Origin: Epithemia pelagica
Taxonomy: Eukaryota > Protista > Bacillariophyta
Direction: 5' to 3'
Assembly: GCA_946965045.2 (NCBI GenBank)
Contig: OX337235.1
Span: 2,108,001-2,172,000 of the forward strand
Length of the DNA stretch: 64,000 nt
In this document: one piece after another, positions 23,878 to 34,287 of the stretch
Position numbering within the stretch: the stretch's first letter is position 1
Layout of the letters: each line of letters starts with the position of its first letter
Notes under the pieces: model-generated
What the model saw: the letters and a program-made list of their open reading frames with translations, nothing else
What the model was told of the DNA's origin: nothing
The model's database searches: none
Position numbers and translations under genes: made by a program

Positions 23878-26800
23878 ATGCGAGAGCGGTCTTCAGTTCC
23901 AAGGTCGTCGTTGACAGCACTCTTCGTCTTATGTAATAAGAGGTTGAATTTGTTTCGCCATTCCGACTTCCGACGAGAAAGCCGTCATGCGCGTGGAGCG
24001 CGTGAGTCACTACCTAAGCACGGACTCAACTATCTCCTCTACCAGTGGCTAGAGGCTAAGGAACTACTCCTAGGAGTACCTACTCCTAGGAGTACTCCTA
24101 GGAACACTCCACATCACAGCGATTACCACCGTGGAAACAACGAGGTGAACTACAATAAGGACGACAACAACGACCACCAAGCCTACAGAAGTCTTCCTGG
24201 CTACTCTGTATCCCCGCGTTACATGGTCACGCCTATGGGGCGCGACGCGGACCCGCCATGGGCAATATTGGCTGCTAAGAGAAACGCCATGGCTCAACCA
24301 CGACCCACATGCCGATCGGGCAATACTGCACCTCCGCCGATCAAGAGAAGCCACATGGAACGTAGGGCGATCCATCCCCTGGCCATGGAAACATTGCAAG
24401 GACTACAAAAACCCAAACCAAACCAACCCGCCCCAAAGGACCGCCATGGTGCCACAACCAGAACCCCGCTGGCCAAAAATCCAGCCCCCAACGGACAAAC
24501 AGCCCCCTACACAGCGAAAAATTCCCACCACAACGACACATACACAAGACCTGGAAAACAACACCAACCAGAGCCCGCCCCAAGGCCAGCCCACCAACCA
24601 ACATACCTCCCAACAAACCAATCCGATACCGCTTCGCTGAATGCAAGACACGACGACACCACCGAAAGCCACTCTCTCTCACTCCCCGGCAAAGGACGCC
24701 AACCAACAACCACAACAATGACAAGAACACAGACAAGGACCACCGCTACCCAGACCGAAGCAGTCCCCCCTGAGACACTCGTCACCAACGGAGAACAGGA
24801 CAACGCGGTACCCACAGCACCACCAACCGAAGAAAGACAGATGGCAATGACCCAACGTCAGAACCCAAGGGCAAGCCCAGACAGCGGGGCCAACAACAAG
24901 ACAACCACACACACAAAAACAGGAAACAACAGTTTCCCCTCGGATCGCCTTCCAACTACAGCCAACAGCCTCAGCAGCCGTCACCACCGCCATCCAACCA
25001 TGCAGGTTCACTCGAAGCCCTCCTCCGGCCGCCGCCACACCCGCGGCGCCAAATCCCAAGGACTCAAGCCATTCCTCCACGACGAAACATCCACAGCCAT
25101 CACCCCCGAACGCCGCTCCACCAACGACAAGAAAAACAAAACCAACGAAGAAAAAAACCACAAAAACAACGAACCGAAGACCCACCCTGCCGAAAACCAC
25201 CAAAACAAAAAACCAGAAAAAGATACCAAGAACACCACCCCCAAATCCGACCATCACCCAGAGCAGCAACCGAAATCTCACCACGCAACAGACGAAAGTT
25301 ACGACATCGACATGGCGCCGACCAACGAGGAGGAAAACAACCCAGCGAATGCCACCAACAACCAAGACGACCACCACCAGGACAACGACGACAACTCTGT
25401 CCCCAACCAGACCGAGACAACCGACGAAAAGACGACGCCGAACAAGGAACCCGACACCATCGATCAAGGCACTCCCTCCAACCCGTATCGAAAACAGAAA
25501 CAATCAAAACCACGAGCCGCATCACCCGAACCGGCAATCCTCATCCACCTGAACGTCATGGTCAACCATAACCACAATCCACAGGTGGAATCTGCCCTGC
25601 CCCGTCTCACGGAGCAAGCACTCAAAGAACACTTGGACCAAGTCTTCTTCCATCACCAGAAACGCGAGGAACCCATGTGGCTCCAAGTCCACAAGGCGGA
25701 ATTCATCGAGACCAAGCAAGCCGGCCGGACGAACTACCGACAAAACCAGAACGACCAACGTCCACGAAACAATGGCCACGTCTCTTCCTTCCACGTGACG
25801 CTATCCCCGGCACCAGCCAACGACGCCTTCGACACCGAAGTGTTCCAGGAACAAGGCTTACGTTTTGTTCTTCAAATGTGGCACCGCCACAAGAATGATG
25901 ATTTTACATTCGACGAATTCGGAGACCAAAGCGTACTCCGGAGCGGTACACCACAATCCAACCCAACCATCAACCCGAGATGGGACCAAATCAATGTGTA
26001 CCTCCCGGCCAACAACAACCGCACAAGTGAGACACATGGGATCGTGGTAGGAGTCCCGGCACAGTCGATCAAACACCGACGTGCGGCGTACGACATGGCC
26101 GGAGCGATCCAACACTCCCTCCGAGCCCACCTCCCCCAGAAACTGAACTGGACAGACTTCTTTGATCACATCGGGATCCGCGCTGGGACCTTCAGTGGGG
26201 ACCTAAAAAACAAACAGAGGGGTCAGGTCCCAGTGGTCTACATCACGGCCTCCTCCCGCCAAAACTTCGACGCATTACTCCGAAGCTACAATGCATTTGT
26301 CGCCGCCAACCGAGAGAGCGACGTCCTCTGGCACGACAACAAGTTGCAGATCATACCAATGCCCACCACACAATCAAACCGAACCACAACCCTCGAGGCG
26401 CTCAAAGAAATCGACCAGTTCTTTGGCGCCAGCGTACGCATCAAACTCCGCCCGATTAACGAAGAAGCAACGGACGGAGAGTGGGCCATGCTCCGACACA
26501 TGGAGGAATTTGTGGCCATGTTTCCGGAATACGACAACTTGGATCCGGACCCAAGGTATTACACACTGGTGCTCCGCAGAACGCCGGACACCCACCACCT
26601 AACGACCAACACCATCAGACAACATCCTGGGTTTCCGGAAAACATCCTGCTACCCACCCTGGCAGCCGTGGCAGCAACCCCACCTCGACCAACAAACAAC
26701 AATCAAGAAACTCCAACGTCGTCCAGTCACACCAACAGACTGCTGGCATTCACCAACCGCCTACTTCGTCGCAACAACAACACCCAAACGAACACAGGCG

Positions 26801-27408
26801 CAACCCCCAGGGCACGAACCAGCCCCCCAGGAACTCCTCCGCCGAACAAACGACAGGCAAACCACCACAACCACAACGACGAAAACGACAGTGATCCATA
26901 CGATGATGGAACGGATTGGACCAAGGTGGCGTCCAGCCCCCACCGCCACCCACACCCAGCACCAAACGAAATAGAGGACGGCAAACCACCGGCAAGACAC
27001 AACAGCTTTGCCCCCCTCGACGACGAAAACCACGCCAACATCAACAACAAACGGAACCATGAGGACGACGACGACAACATGATGGAAACAGAAGAAGAGG
27101 AGGAACATTCCCAGTCCCTCATCCCCCCCGACGAACCAGAAGAAGAAACGACAGAGCAGTATTACTCCGCCGCAACAGGACACGAGATTGAACTCATCCT
27201 TCAATATGTCCGGCACAACAAACCATCTCGCATAACCGAAATGCAAAAATACCTTCAAGACACAACGTCATTCTCGAATGACACCGACGCGCAAGACGCT
27301 TGGCGCTACGCTCAGTCACTGGTCCAGACGAGCAGCCCAAGCGTCGCCGACTCACGCACCGGCCATGTGGTCCCGCATGCAAAATGGGCCAATCAACAAA
27401 ATGAGTAA
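23878..27408 (+). CDS. Retroelement ORF1 (low-complexity Thr/Pro/Asn/His flanks around a globular core); likely ATG near 24223
   Basis: 1176-codon ORF directly upstream of the RT ORF, same strand and same A/C-rich composition. No domain recognised. Confidence 0.7.
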   Translation: MRERSSVPRSSLTALFVLCNKRLNLFRHSDFRRESRHARGARESLPKHGLNYLLYQWLEAKELLLGVPTPRSTPRNTPHHSDYHRGNNEVNYNKDDNNDHQAYRSLPGYSVSPRYMVTPMGRDADPPWAILAAKRNAMAQPRPTCRSGNTAPPPIKRSHMERRAIHPLAMETLQGLQKPKPNQPAPKDRHGATTRTPLAKNPAPNGQTAPYTAKNSHHNDTYTRPGKQHQPEPAPRPAHQPTYLPTNQSDTASLNARHDDTTESHSLSLPGKGRQPTTTTMTRTQTRTTATQTEAVPPETLVTNGEQDNAVPTAPPTEERQMAMTQRQNPRASPDSGANNKTTTHTKTGNNSFPSDRLPTTANSLSSRHHRHPTMQVHSKPSSGRRHTRGAKSQGLKPFLHDETSTAITPERRSTNDKKNKTNEEKNHKNNEPKTHPAENHQNKKPEKDTKNTTPKSDHHPEQQPKSHHATDESYDIDMAPTNEEENNPANATNNQDDHHQDNDDNSVPNQTETTDEKTTPNKEPDTIDQGTPSNPYRKQKQSKPRAASPEPAILIHLNVMVNHNHNPQVESALPRLTEQALKEHLDQVFFHHQKREEPMWLQVHKAEFIETKQAGRTNYRQNQNDQRPRNNGHVSSFHVTLSPAPANDAFDTEVFQEQGLRFVLQMWHRHKNDDFTFDEFGDQSVLRSGTPQSNPTINPRWDQINVYLPANNNRTSETHGIVVGVPAQSIKHRRAAYDMAGAIQHSLRAHLPQKLNWTDFFDHIGIRAGTFSGDLKNKQRGQVPVVYITASSRQNFDALLRSYNAFVAANRESDVLWHDNKLQIIPMPTTQSNRTTTLEALKEIDQFFGASVRIKLRPINEEATDGEWAMLRHMEEFVAMFPEYDNLDPDPRYYTLVLRRTPDTHHLTTNTIRQHPGFPENILLPTLAAVAATPPRPTNNNQETPTSSSHTNRLLAFTNRLLRRNNNTQTNTGATPRARTSPPGTPPPNKRQANHHNHNDENDSDPYDDGTDWTKVASSPHRHPHPAPNEIEDGKPPARHNSFAPLDDENHANINNKRNHEDDDDNMMETEEEEEHSQSLIPPDEPEEETTEQYYSAATGHEIELILQYVRHNKPSRITEMQKYLQDTTSFSNDTDAQDAWRYAQSLVQTSSPSVADSRTGHVVPHAKWANQQNE
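24064..24110. repeat. Tandem palindromic motif TACTCCTAGGAGTA (two full copies + one partial) at the 5' end of the retroelement and upstream of FANCM
   Basis: Perfect 14-bp palindrome at 24065-24078 and 24081-24094; partial third copy at 24093-24103. Confidence 0.85.
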
Positions 27409-30400
27409 CCAAGAGAAAACTCCGCCGAGACACTGCCCGGTACCCGATTGCCCGTGGAAAGTGCCTCACAACAACAGCAAGCCACATGCCTCCCTCAAGG
27501 AGCATCTAATCACAGAACATAGCGAAACCAACCCAAGCGACTACATGACGACAAAATTCTGCACAACACATGGCTTCCACGTGTGCCAATTATGCGACAC
27601 TCCAACCGCAATTTTCACCACGCCAGGCCATCTAAGACAACACGTAACAAAAAAGCATAATAGAACGAAAACAAACAGGCAACTAGTATCTACTACATAC
27701 AGGCATGCAACACCCGACATCGAAGCCAACTGGAAGAAAAGCCTAGCGTATCTTCATCAACTCCAACCAACGCCACCGCCCTTCAGAAGGTCCATATGGC
27801 ACAAGACAAAGCCCCCCCTGCGGGCAGAATTCTTTGTGACATACAACAACATCATCAACTGGATCCTGGAATCCACACCAACATTGGCGCAATCCATCCT
27901 CAAAGCGACAAGCCTCCCCAAACACGAAACAGATTCGAGCCCGTTTTGGAAACTCCTTTTCTTGTTGGAACCGCTACTCTTGGCGCCAATCAAAAACACC
28001 GTTCACCTGACCTACTCCAACGCATTCCGACACAGACTGTCGCTCCTCAAATCAGGACGCATCGAAGAACTGCACAAAACAATATGGGACCCAACCCCTC
28101 TCCCGAACAAACCAAGATACAACAAGAAAAAAGAGAAACAACGTCAGCATCAACAACAACTGCATCCAAACGAAAAACAACTGCCATCATGGCGCCTCTC
28201 AGCAGCCCAACAGGCGGCAAACCTTGGAAACTATCGAGCGGCACTGAAGAGAATAACAACCAACACTCCAACGGCAACCCTGACGCCCCCAAGAATAGCA
28301 AGATGCCAGCAAGAACTCTTCCCGGCAAGACGACAACCTCCACCAGGAACAAGAGCACAAGGACAAACAAACCTTCCACCTCCGGCAAACCAATACCTGA
28401 AACTCACGGACGAAATGACAGAACTGGCGCTCCGACAAATGAAGCCAGGAACGGCATCCGGACCATTCGCCTCCTGTACCGACGTACTGGTAGCAATGGC
28501 GCTCCACCGAACAACCAAAGCCAAAGACGCCACAAAGCCATACTTTGGCAACGTCAGAGCTCTCCTCCAACTGGTGGTGACCGCCCAAGTCCCACCACAA
28601 ATCCAAACAATGTTATCCAGCAATTATTTCCTGGCATTGCATAAAGACATCAGCAACCCAGAAAAATTACGACCGATTGGAATAGGAACGGCAATCCGAA
28701 GAGTGGCTGCCAAAACAGCCTTGGTCCATGTAACGGACGATATCACGCCCTTGTTATTAAAGGGCGGACAATATGGGATCCAAATCCCAGGCGGCGTCGA
28801 CTTTGTCGCTCAAACCACGGCCATGGCTGTACGAGAATTTATAGACAAACAGGACAACAACACAGAAAAGTCAGAGAACAACCACACAGAAAAAGAACAC
28901 AATCAACCAACCAGAGCGTTGATATTACTTGATTTAACAAACATGTTCAACAACGTCTCAAGAACAGAAGCTCGCAAAATTCTGCTTTCCGACGAGACAA
29001 CAAGTCCCCTCCTCCCTTTGTTCGACCTCTTAACAAGTCACCCATGCAACTCGTGGTACTTCAACGAAAACAAAGAACCGAACCACCTCAAACAAGACGA
29101 GGGATTCCCACAAGGATGTCCACTCAGCCCCCTCTTCTCGTGCCTAGTGCTTCTGGCACTCAAGAACCGGATAAACAAGGAACAAGCTCAACGAGCAGCA
29201 ACAAGAAAAAGGTCAGGAGACACTGGCGACGACGGAAGAGGCGGGAAAGCCCATACAGCATCGATCATGGACGATACGTCCGTTTGCTTACCGCATTGCG
29301 ACCTGCCATGGTTCCTCCACCGCTTCAAGGAACTAGGCGAACCGCTAGGAATCATCATGAACCATTCGAAGACAAAAATCCTCACAACAACAACAAACAA
29401 ACCGTCTGCAGAGACACTGTCGCCACAGGCACAGCAACACATCCAAGAAGCCCTCTCCTTCCTTGCACCCCAAGCACCGGACACTGCCGAAATAACAACG
29501 GGCGTTCGCTTCCTCGGACAGCCGGTTGGATCAAAGAAATTCGCCCAAGCATACATCAACCAAAGGTTAGACAAAATGAACGACACAATGAATCAAATCA
29601 ACCAACTTCAAGACCTCCAAACTCAACATACATTGTTCAAATACTCACTGGTAGCGTCCATCATGCACCTCTTGCCATCGGACATTACCCTCGCCAATCC
29701 AGCCACGGATCCAAGATCCACCCTGTGGTCGAGTGAGACAACAAGAAAAACAGACCAACTAACAAAACGGTTCCTCGCCATGCTTACCTCCCTCGGAGAG
29801 GACGACATCAGCGAACCATCCACAATCATTGCCGCGTTACCTCCAAGGTTAGGAGGACTCGGCTACCAAATGGCAGCGGCCGCTGCATATCCCCGATTTC
29901 TCACACAAATGGTGAGAGCGATTAACCTTGCATCCTCCAAAGCGACACCAATACCAGACGTCCACAGCCGTCACTTCCACAAATGGACCGAAGCAACAAC
30001 TCCAACAATGGTGAAATTCCGCAAAGGACTATCCCTTTTTGCACATGAACACACCGAAGAAGCCCTGTTTACTCCAAGCAGATACGACAGACAAACCCAC
30101 CACAATTTAATGGATCATATCATGAGGGAGCATGTGGTCGAGCGGCTGTTACATGTTACGGCCCCAGACCAACGCATTTTCCTACCTTCCCTACTTTCGC
30201 CCCTAACAAGCATGGCTTTCGCGCTGCCACTGACAGCCAGCGAATTCCGACTCCCAAACCCGGTCTTCAAAACTGCTCTCAAGAGAAAGCTCCGACTCCC
30301 ATTGTTCCCTCCCGACCCAAACAAACCATCACCAAGAATTTGCAAATGCACCGCAAAAAAACCACTCGATGTGAACGGCGACCACTTGTTTTCTTGCAGT

Positions 30401-31294
30401 GCCGCCTCGAAAACGCCCTTGTCGAACGCAATTCGGGACACCTTGTTCGATGTCCTCCGACAAATCGCCCCGGCAGCAAAAGCAGTCGAAACAACCCACG
30501 ATGTCCATATCGAGCCGCCAGGGCTCGCGCCACAACATAGTCGCAACATCCGACCAGCTGACGTCGGAATGTTGTTGCGCCAACCCCATCAAAACCAACC
30601 GTTCCAATATGCAGCCATTGACATTACAATTCCGCCACCACAGAAGCCTCTGCCCATCACTGACCCGTCTGACCATCAAACAATAGCCACTTTGGCCTCC
30701 AAGACGCATCAGGAAGCGGCACGCGAAAAATTCTGTCGGGATCCCAACACAGCAAGACACCTCTTCCATAACGGGGTATACCTACTCCCGTTCACCGTAG
30801 ACCACCTCGGCGGGATTGGTTCATTCGCAGAACATTTGCTCTTTTCCAGCGACCACCAGCCTCACCTCTTTCATCCAGGACAACCACCTCCTTGGCACGA
30901 CCCCCATTTCGGAAAAGACGCTAAACGTAGCAGCGCCCACCCACAAGCATTCGCCCTTTACCAGGAGTCACCCCACGCTCCAGCCAATCTCCTCTCAGCA
31001 GCCAACAAAGAAACCAAGAAGTTTTGCTACCCCGAAGCCCACATCTACTCTCTGGGTCATTTCGCGAAGGCCTCTCTCAGCCACGCTATCGTATCAAGCC
31101 TTGCAATCCATGTCAACAATCACATGGCGGCCATCAACCATTTTCACACCACCAAACAGAAACGACAGACACAGTTACGAAATCTTTCACGGCCACAGTA
31201 TGTGCCGATTACTCCCATCTACTCCCCGGCCCCAATGGTCCACTACCTGCCAACCACGGCAACAGCCCCACTTCTATGCGATCTCCACGCCTAG
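27278..31294 (+). CDS. Retroelement ORF2: zinc fingers + reverse transcriptase + CCHC + restriction-like endonuclease (likely ATG 27401)
   Basis: CPVPDC...HLITEH and CQLC...HVTKKH fingers; RT motifs KLRPIGIG, LLDLTNMFN, GFPQGCPLSP, IMDD, FLG; CKC...DHLFSC; RPADV...AIDITI...EKFC. Confidence 0.92.
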   Translation: MTPTRKTLGATLSHWSRRAAQASPTHAPAMWSRMQNGPINKMSNQEKTPPRHCPVPDCPWKVPHNNSKPHASLKEHLITEHSETNPSDYMTTKFCTTHGFHVCQLCDTPTAIFTTPGHLRQHVTKKHNRTKTNRQLVSTTYRHATPDIEANWKKSLAYLHQLQPTPPPFRRSIWHKTKPPLRAEFFVTYNNIINWILESTPTLAQSILKATSLPKHETDSSPFWKLLFLLEPLLLAPIKNTVHLTYSNAFRHRLSLLKSGRIEELHKTIWDPTPLPNKPRYNKKKEKQRQHQQQLHPNEKQLPSWRLSAAQQAANLGNYRAALKRITTNTPTATLTPPRIARCQQELFPARRQPPPGTRAQGQTNLPPPANQYLKLTDEMTELALRQMKPGTASGPFASCTDVLVAMALHRTTKAKDATKPYFGNVRALLQLVVTAQVPPQIQTMLSSNYFLALHKDISNPEKLRPIGIGTAIRRVAAKTALVHVTDDITPLLLKGGQYGIQIPGGVDFVAQTTAMAVREFIDKQDNNTEKSENNHTEKEHNQPTRALILLDLTNMFNNVSRTEARKILLSDETTSPLLPLFDLLTSHPCNSWYFNENKEPNHLKQDEGFPQGCPLSPLFSCLVLLALKNRINKEQAQRAATRKRSGDTGDDGRGGKAHTASIMDDTSVCLPHCDLPWFLHRFKELGEPLGIIMNHSKTKILTTTTNKPSAETLSPQAQQHIQEALSFLAPQAPDTAEITTGVRFLGQPVGSKKFAQAYINQRLDKMNDTMNQINQLQDLQTQHTLFKYSLVASIMHLLPSDITLANPATDPRSTLWSSETTRKTDQLTKRFLAMLTSLGEDDISEPSTIIAALPPRLGGLGYQMAAAAAYPRFLTQMVRAINLASSKATPIPDVHSRHFHKWTEATTPTMVKFRKGLSLFAHEHTEEALFTPSRYDRQTHHNLMDHIMREHVVERLLHVTAPDQRIFLPSLLSPLTSMAFALPLTASEFRLPNPVFKTALKRKLRLPLFPPDPNKPSPRICKCTAKKPLDVNGDHLFSCSAASKTPLSNAIRDTLFDVLRQIAPAAKAVETTHDVHIEPPGLAPQHSRNIRPADVGMLLRQPHQNQPFQYAAIDITIPPPQKPLPITDPSDHQTIATLASKTHQEAAREKFCRDPNTARHLFHNGVYLLPFTVDHLGGIGSFAEHLLFSSDHQPHLFHPGQPPPWHDPHFGKDAKRSSAHPQAFALYQESPHAPANLLSAANKETKKFCYPEAHIYSLGHFAKASLSHAIVSSLAIHVNNHMAAINHFHTTKQKRQTQLRNLSRPQYVPITPIYSPAPMVHYLPTTATAPLLCDLHA

Positions 31295-31515
31295 AAGTAC
31301 CCTATAACACTAGAGAGTAAAACTAAAATTCAAAAAAACGGCGGCAGCATGAGTACTTCGAATAGCCACATTACCATCCACAGCAGCATATCGGACCACA
31401 CTAGCAGCAATAACCATGTGTAAGGCTTGTGTCTAGTACAAAATTGATGGCTTCCCACGAAGTAGACGCGACTTTGATGGTGTTTTCAAGACTTATGCTC
31501 CTTCTCAGACAAAGT

Positions 31516-33730
31516 TTATGGTCTTTCGTTCGGGCTCTCTAGGGGTATATCGGCCACAATTTCGTCACCAATCATTACTTCATGAGGAGCTTCAAAATTA
31601 CCGAGCAACAACGAACCGCCATCGTCACACTCCATTGGATGTTGCCGCATTGTTTTCGTTTTATCAAAAATCTCCATTCGATCGCCTTTCAGTACCCAGC
31701 CGATACTTAAGAGCAGTGAAACCCCCGCTTCGGAACCTAGATATCCCCACCTACGCAGTCGTTCCAATTTTCGCCTTCGAACCAAGGACAGAATCATCAA
31801 AGTTGCAAAGCTGACAATTGTCGAGAGCAGCAACGCAAGACCAACATATCGTTGCCAGTCCCATTCTTGTAAATCAAAAGATTCCACTGGAGATTCTACG
31901 GTCGTTTGTGATGGGGCGACAGTAGGGCTGCTGGTGTCTTCACCAGGGTCTGGTCTTCCTCCCCCTCCTGGACCATCATTATCCTTACTGATGACGATTC
32001 CAGTCATGCTGAAAAAGAGCGCACCAGATGAAATACGAAGCGCCTCCAAAATCTCATCAGAGGTCGTAACTGCAATCCTTTCCATTTCATCGCGGATATC
32101 CCCAATACTCTGCGAATCCATTGGCACTCTGTTTTCCCAGTATGCTGCAAAACTCATATCATATCGCCATGTCCACACTTCTGGAGGTTCCGTGAGGACC
32201 AACTCCGAAACAGTTCTAAAATGAATCAAGACGCGTTTTCCACGGCTCTCTTCGACGCTTTGAAGTCCCCCGGCTTGGGAATTCTGAACGGACTCCCTTT
32301 CACGACGGCTACCATGCAACAGACTTCCTCTCTCCCAGTCGTTACGATTGATCATTGTGGCCTCACCCGTCCCATTTGTTAATGTGAGAGTCGGTGATGC
32401 TACGGCAATCGTGATTTGCCTTCCATTGAACTCTAGTGGATTATTGCCCCTGTTGCGCCCGCTGTGTAACGAATCAATCGACTTTCCCGACTCCGTTCGT
32501 TCCCTTCTGTCACCACCTACTTTGATAAAAGTTTCGTGTGCAGACTCTCCTGACTCGGTTCTTCCTCTTTCGTCGTCAGTTCCTTGGATAAACGTGTCAG
32601 AAGGGGACACTCCCGTTTCCGCTCTGTTCCTTTCGCTCCCACCTCCCGTGATAAACTTGTCGGGAGCGGAGCCTCCCGACTCCGATTTGCCTCTTTCATC
32701 GTCCCCACCTGTGATCTCTTCTTTAGTGATGCTTGGAGACGGAGGCCTTGTGTCAGGTTCCCTGTCACCACCTGTAATTTCTTCAATGACACTTGGCGAG
32801 GGGGGCCTTGTTCCAGGTTCCCTATCGCCACCTGTAATCTCTTTGGTGAAACTTGGCGAGGGGGGCCGTGTTGCCGGTTCTCTCTCGTATCCTTCTATTT
32901 CTACTTTGATCAAGCTTGGCGAAGGGGGTTTTGTTGCCGGTTCTCTCTCTTCATCTTTAATGACACTGGGCGAGGGGGGTCTTGTTACCGGTTCTATCTC
33001 TTCTTTTGTGACACTGGGCGAGGGCCGCCTTGTTGCCGGCTCGGTCCCTGGTCGATCCACGTCCATGGCAACATCGTTCCAATAGTCCTCTTCGTATGGA
33101 GAAGAGAAAGTGGCATTACTCTCATTCCACGCAACTTTTACATTGTCAACCGCATCCAAAAGCAGTTCTTTAGTAACAGGGTCAACCCTCTGCTCATAGT
33201 TCCAGTCGAGAAAAACATAAGCATCAGCTACGGTTTCATTCCACAGTTTCGTGAAGAAGAAAGAGACAGCGGGAGTGATACTTTGTTGATTCGGTGAGAG
33301 GCCCACGAAAACGCTTATTGTCAGTTGGTTGAGATATCCTGGTGGTAAACCCCTATCGAAACCTGGTTGAAAAATAGTTTGAGTTGAGATTTTGCAATCT
33401 TCGACAATATGGTCCAAAATGCTCCAATACCAACTAACCTAGATCAAAAGGGGCTCTACAAGGGAGGATCCCTGCAACACCCTCGTCGACGATACAATTC
33501 ACGGGGTTTCCTCGTTGCCGATATTTGTTTGACTGCAAGAAACGATGACTTTGTGATCCTCCATTGCTGTCTCCAAGAGTTTGTTTTGAAGAAAGAGGAT
33601 TGAACCCTCCATTCATCTCACTTCGCACTTCTTTACTTTCGAAAGAGAAAAACCGCACGCCTCTCACTCCCAAAATACCAACCAATGATAAAAAACAAAG
33701 GGATATCCCCAAGTTCATCATTTCAAGCAA
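31516..33730 (-). CDS. Single-pass membrane pre-pro-protein, family member A (signal peptide, RFL motif, Ser/Pro and Gly/Glu repeats), 2 exons
   Basis: Phase-1 intron 33363-33438 joins exon 33439-33730 to ORF 31516-33362. Conserved blocks LTISVFVGLSP, EWDWQRYVG-TM and WGYLGSEAGV..LL..GW are shared with 34288-36255 and 60681-62232. Confidence 0.75.
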
Positions 33731-34287
33731 TCGGCAATCCCCCGAAATGGCGATCGTCTCGGCAAACGTCTCTCGCCGTCTCTCCTCGGTCCTGCAACAA
33801 TAACAAGGCGAAAAGGAATGACACCAAGTGCACGCTATAGATGCAGGGCTTGCAGGCCACTTCTTATTGAGGCTTCTTCCTCTTTACCGCATTCTTGCGC
33901 TGTCGTTCATGGTGTTGCGTGTTGCGCTGGCGACGACGAGGATTCGGAAGTAATTTCCAAAAAAAATGAAAATTGAGAGAATGGAAAATAAAAAATAACT
34001 ATCAGATCACGGCGTAAACTCTCCGTAAACTGATCTTTATCCGTAGAGAGGTAGAGAGGTGTCTCCTAAGCCTTAACTACTCCTACCGGTAATCAAAACC
34101 TAAACGATAGTAACTCAGTCGATATGATCAGGCCGGTGACAGCCTTCTCTAAAAAATTCAGAACCAAATCAGGGGTAAAAACTAAGCAAAAAGCAACCTT
34201 TCCGTTCATGGTAGTGTAGTGGACTGCACGAGTGACTGCACCAACACAACGCTGTCAAAGACTGACGGGAGACAGCATTATCAGTAG

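Larger units (their letters stand above)
24060..31338 (+). mobile_element. Apparently intact two-ORF non-LTR retrotransposon, CRE group (possibly Ambal-like); 5' boundary approximate
   Basis: ORF1 followed by ORF2 (C2H2 fingers, RT, CCHC, PD-D-xK restriction-like endonuclease), a short 3' UTR and an A-rich tail at 31310-31338. No TSD found. Confidence 0.85.

Noticed and set aside
24070-27505. Long hydrophobic minus-strand ORFs opposite retroelement ORF1
   Set aside because: They arise from the strong A/C bias of the sense strand, which makes the antisense strand stop-poor; no motifs are present.
24000-31360. Target-site duplication for the full-length non-LTR element
   Set aside because: The sequence after the A-tail (CGGCGGCAGC) has no match near the 5' end. 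The CCTAG(G/A)AGTACC similarity overlaps the ORF2 stop, so it is internal.
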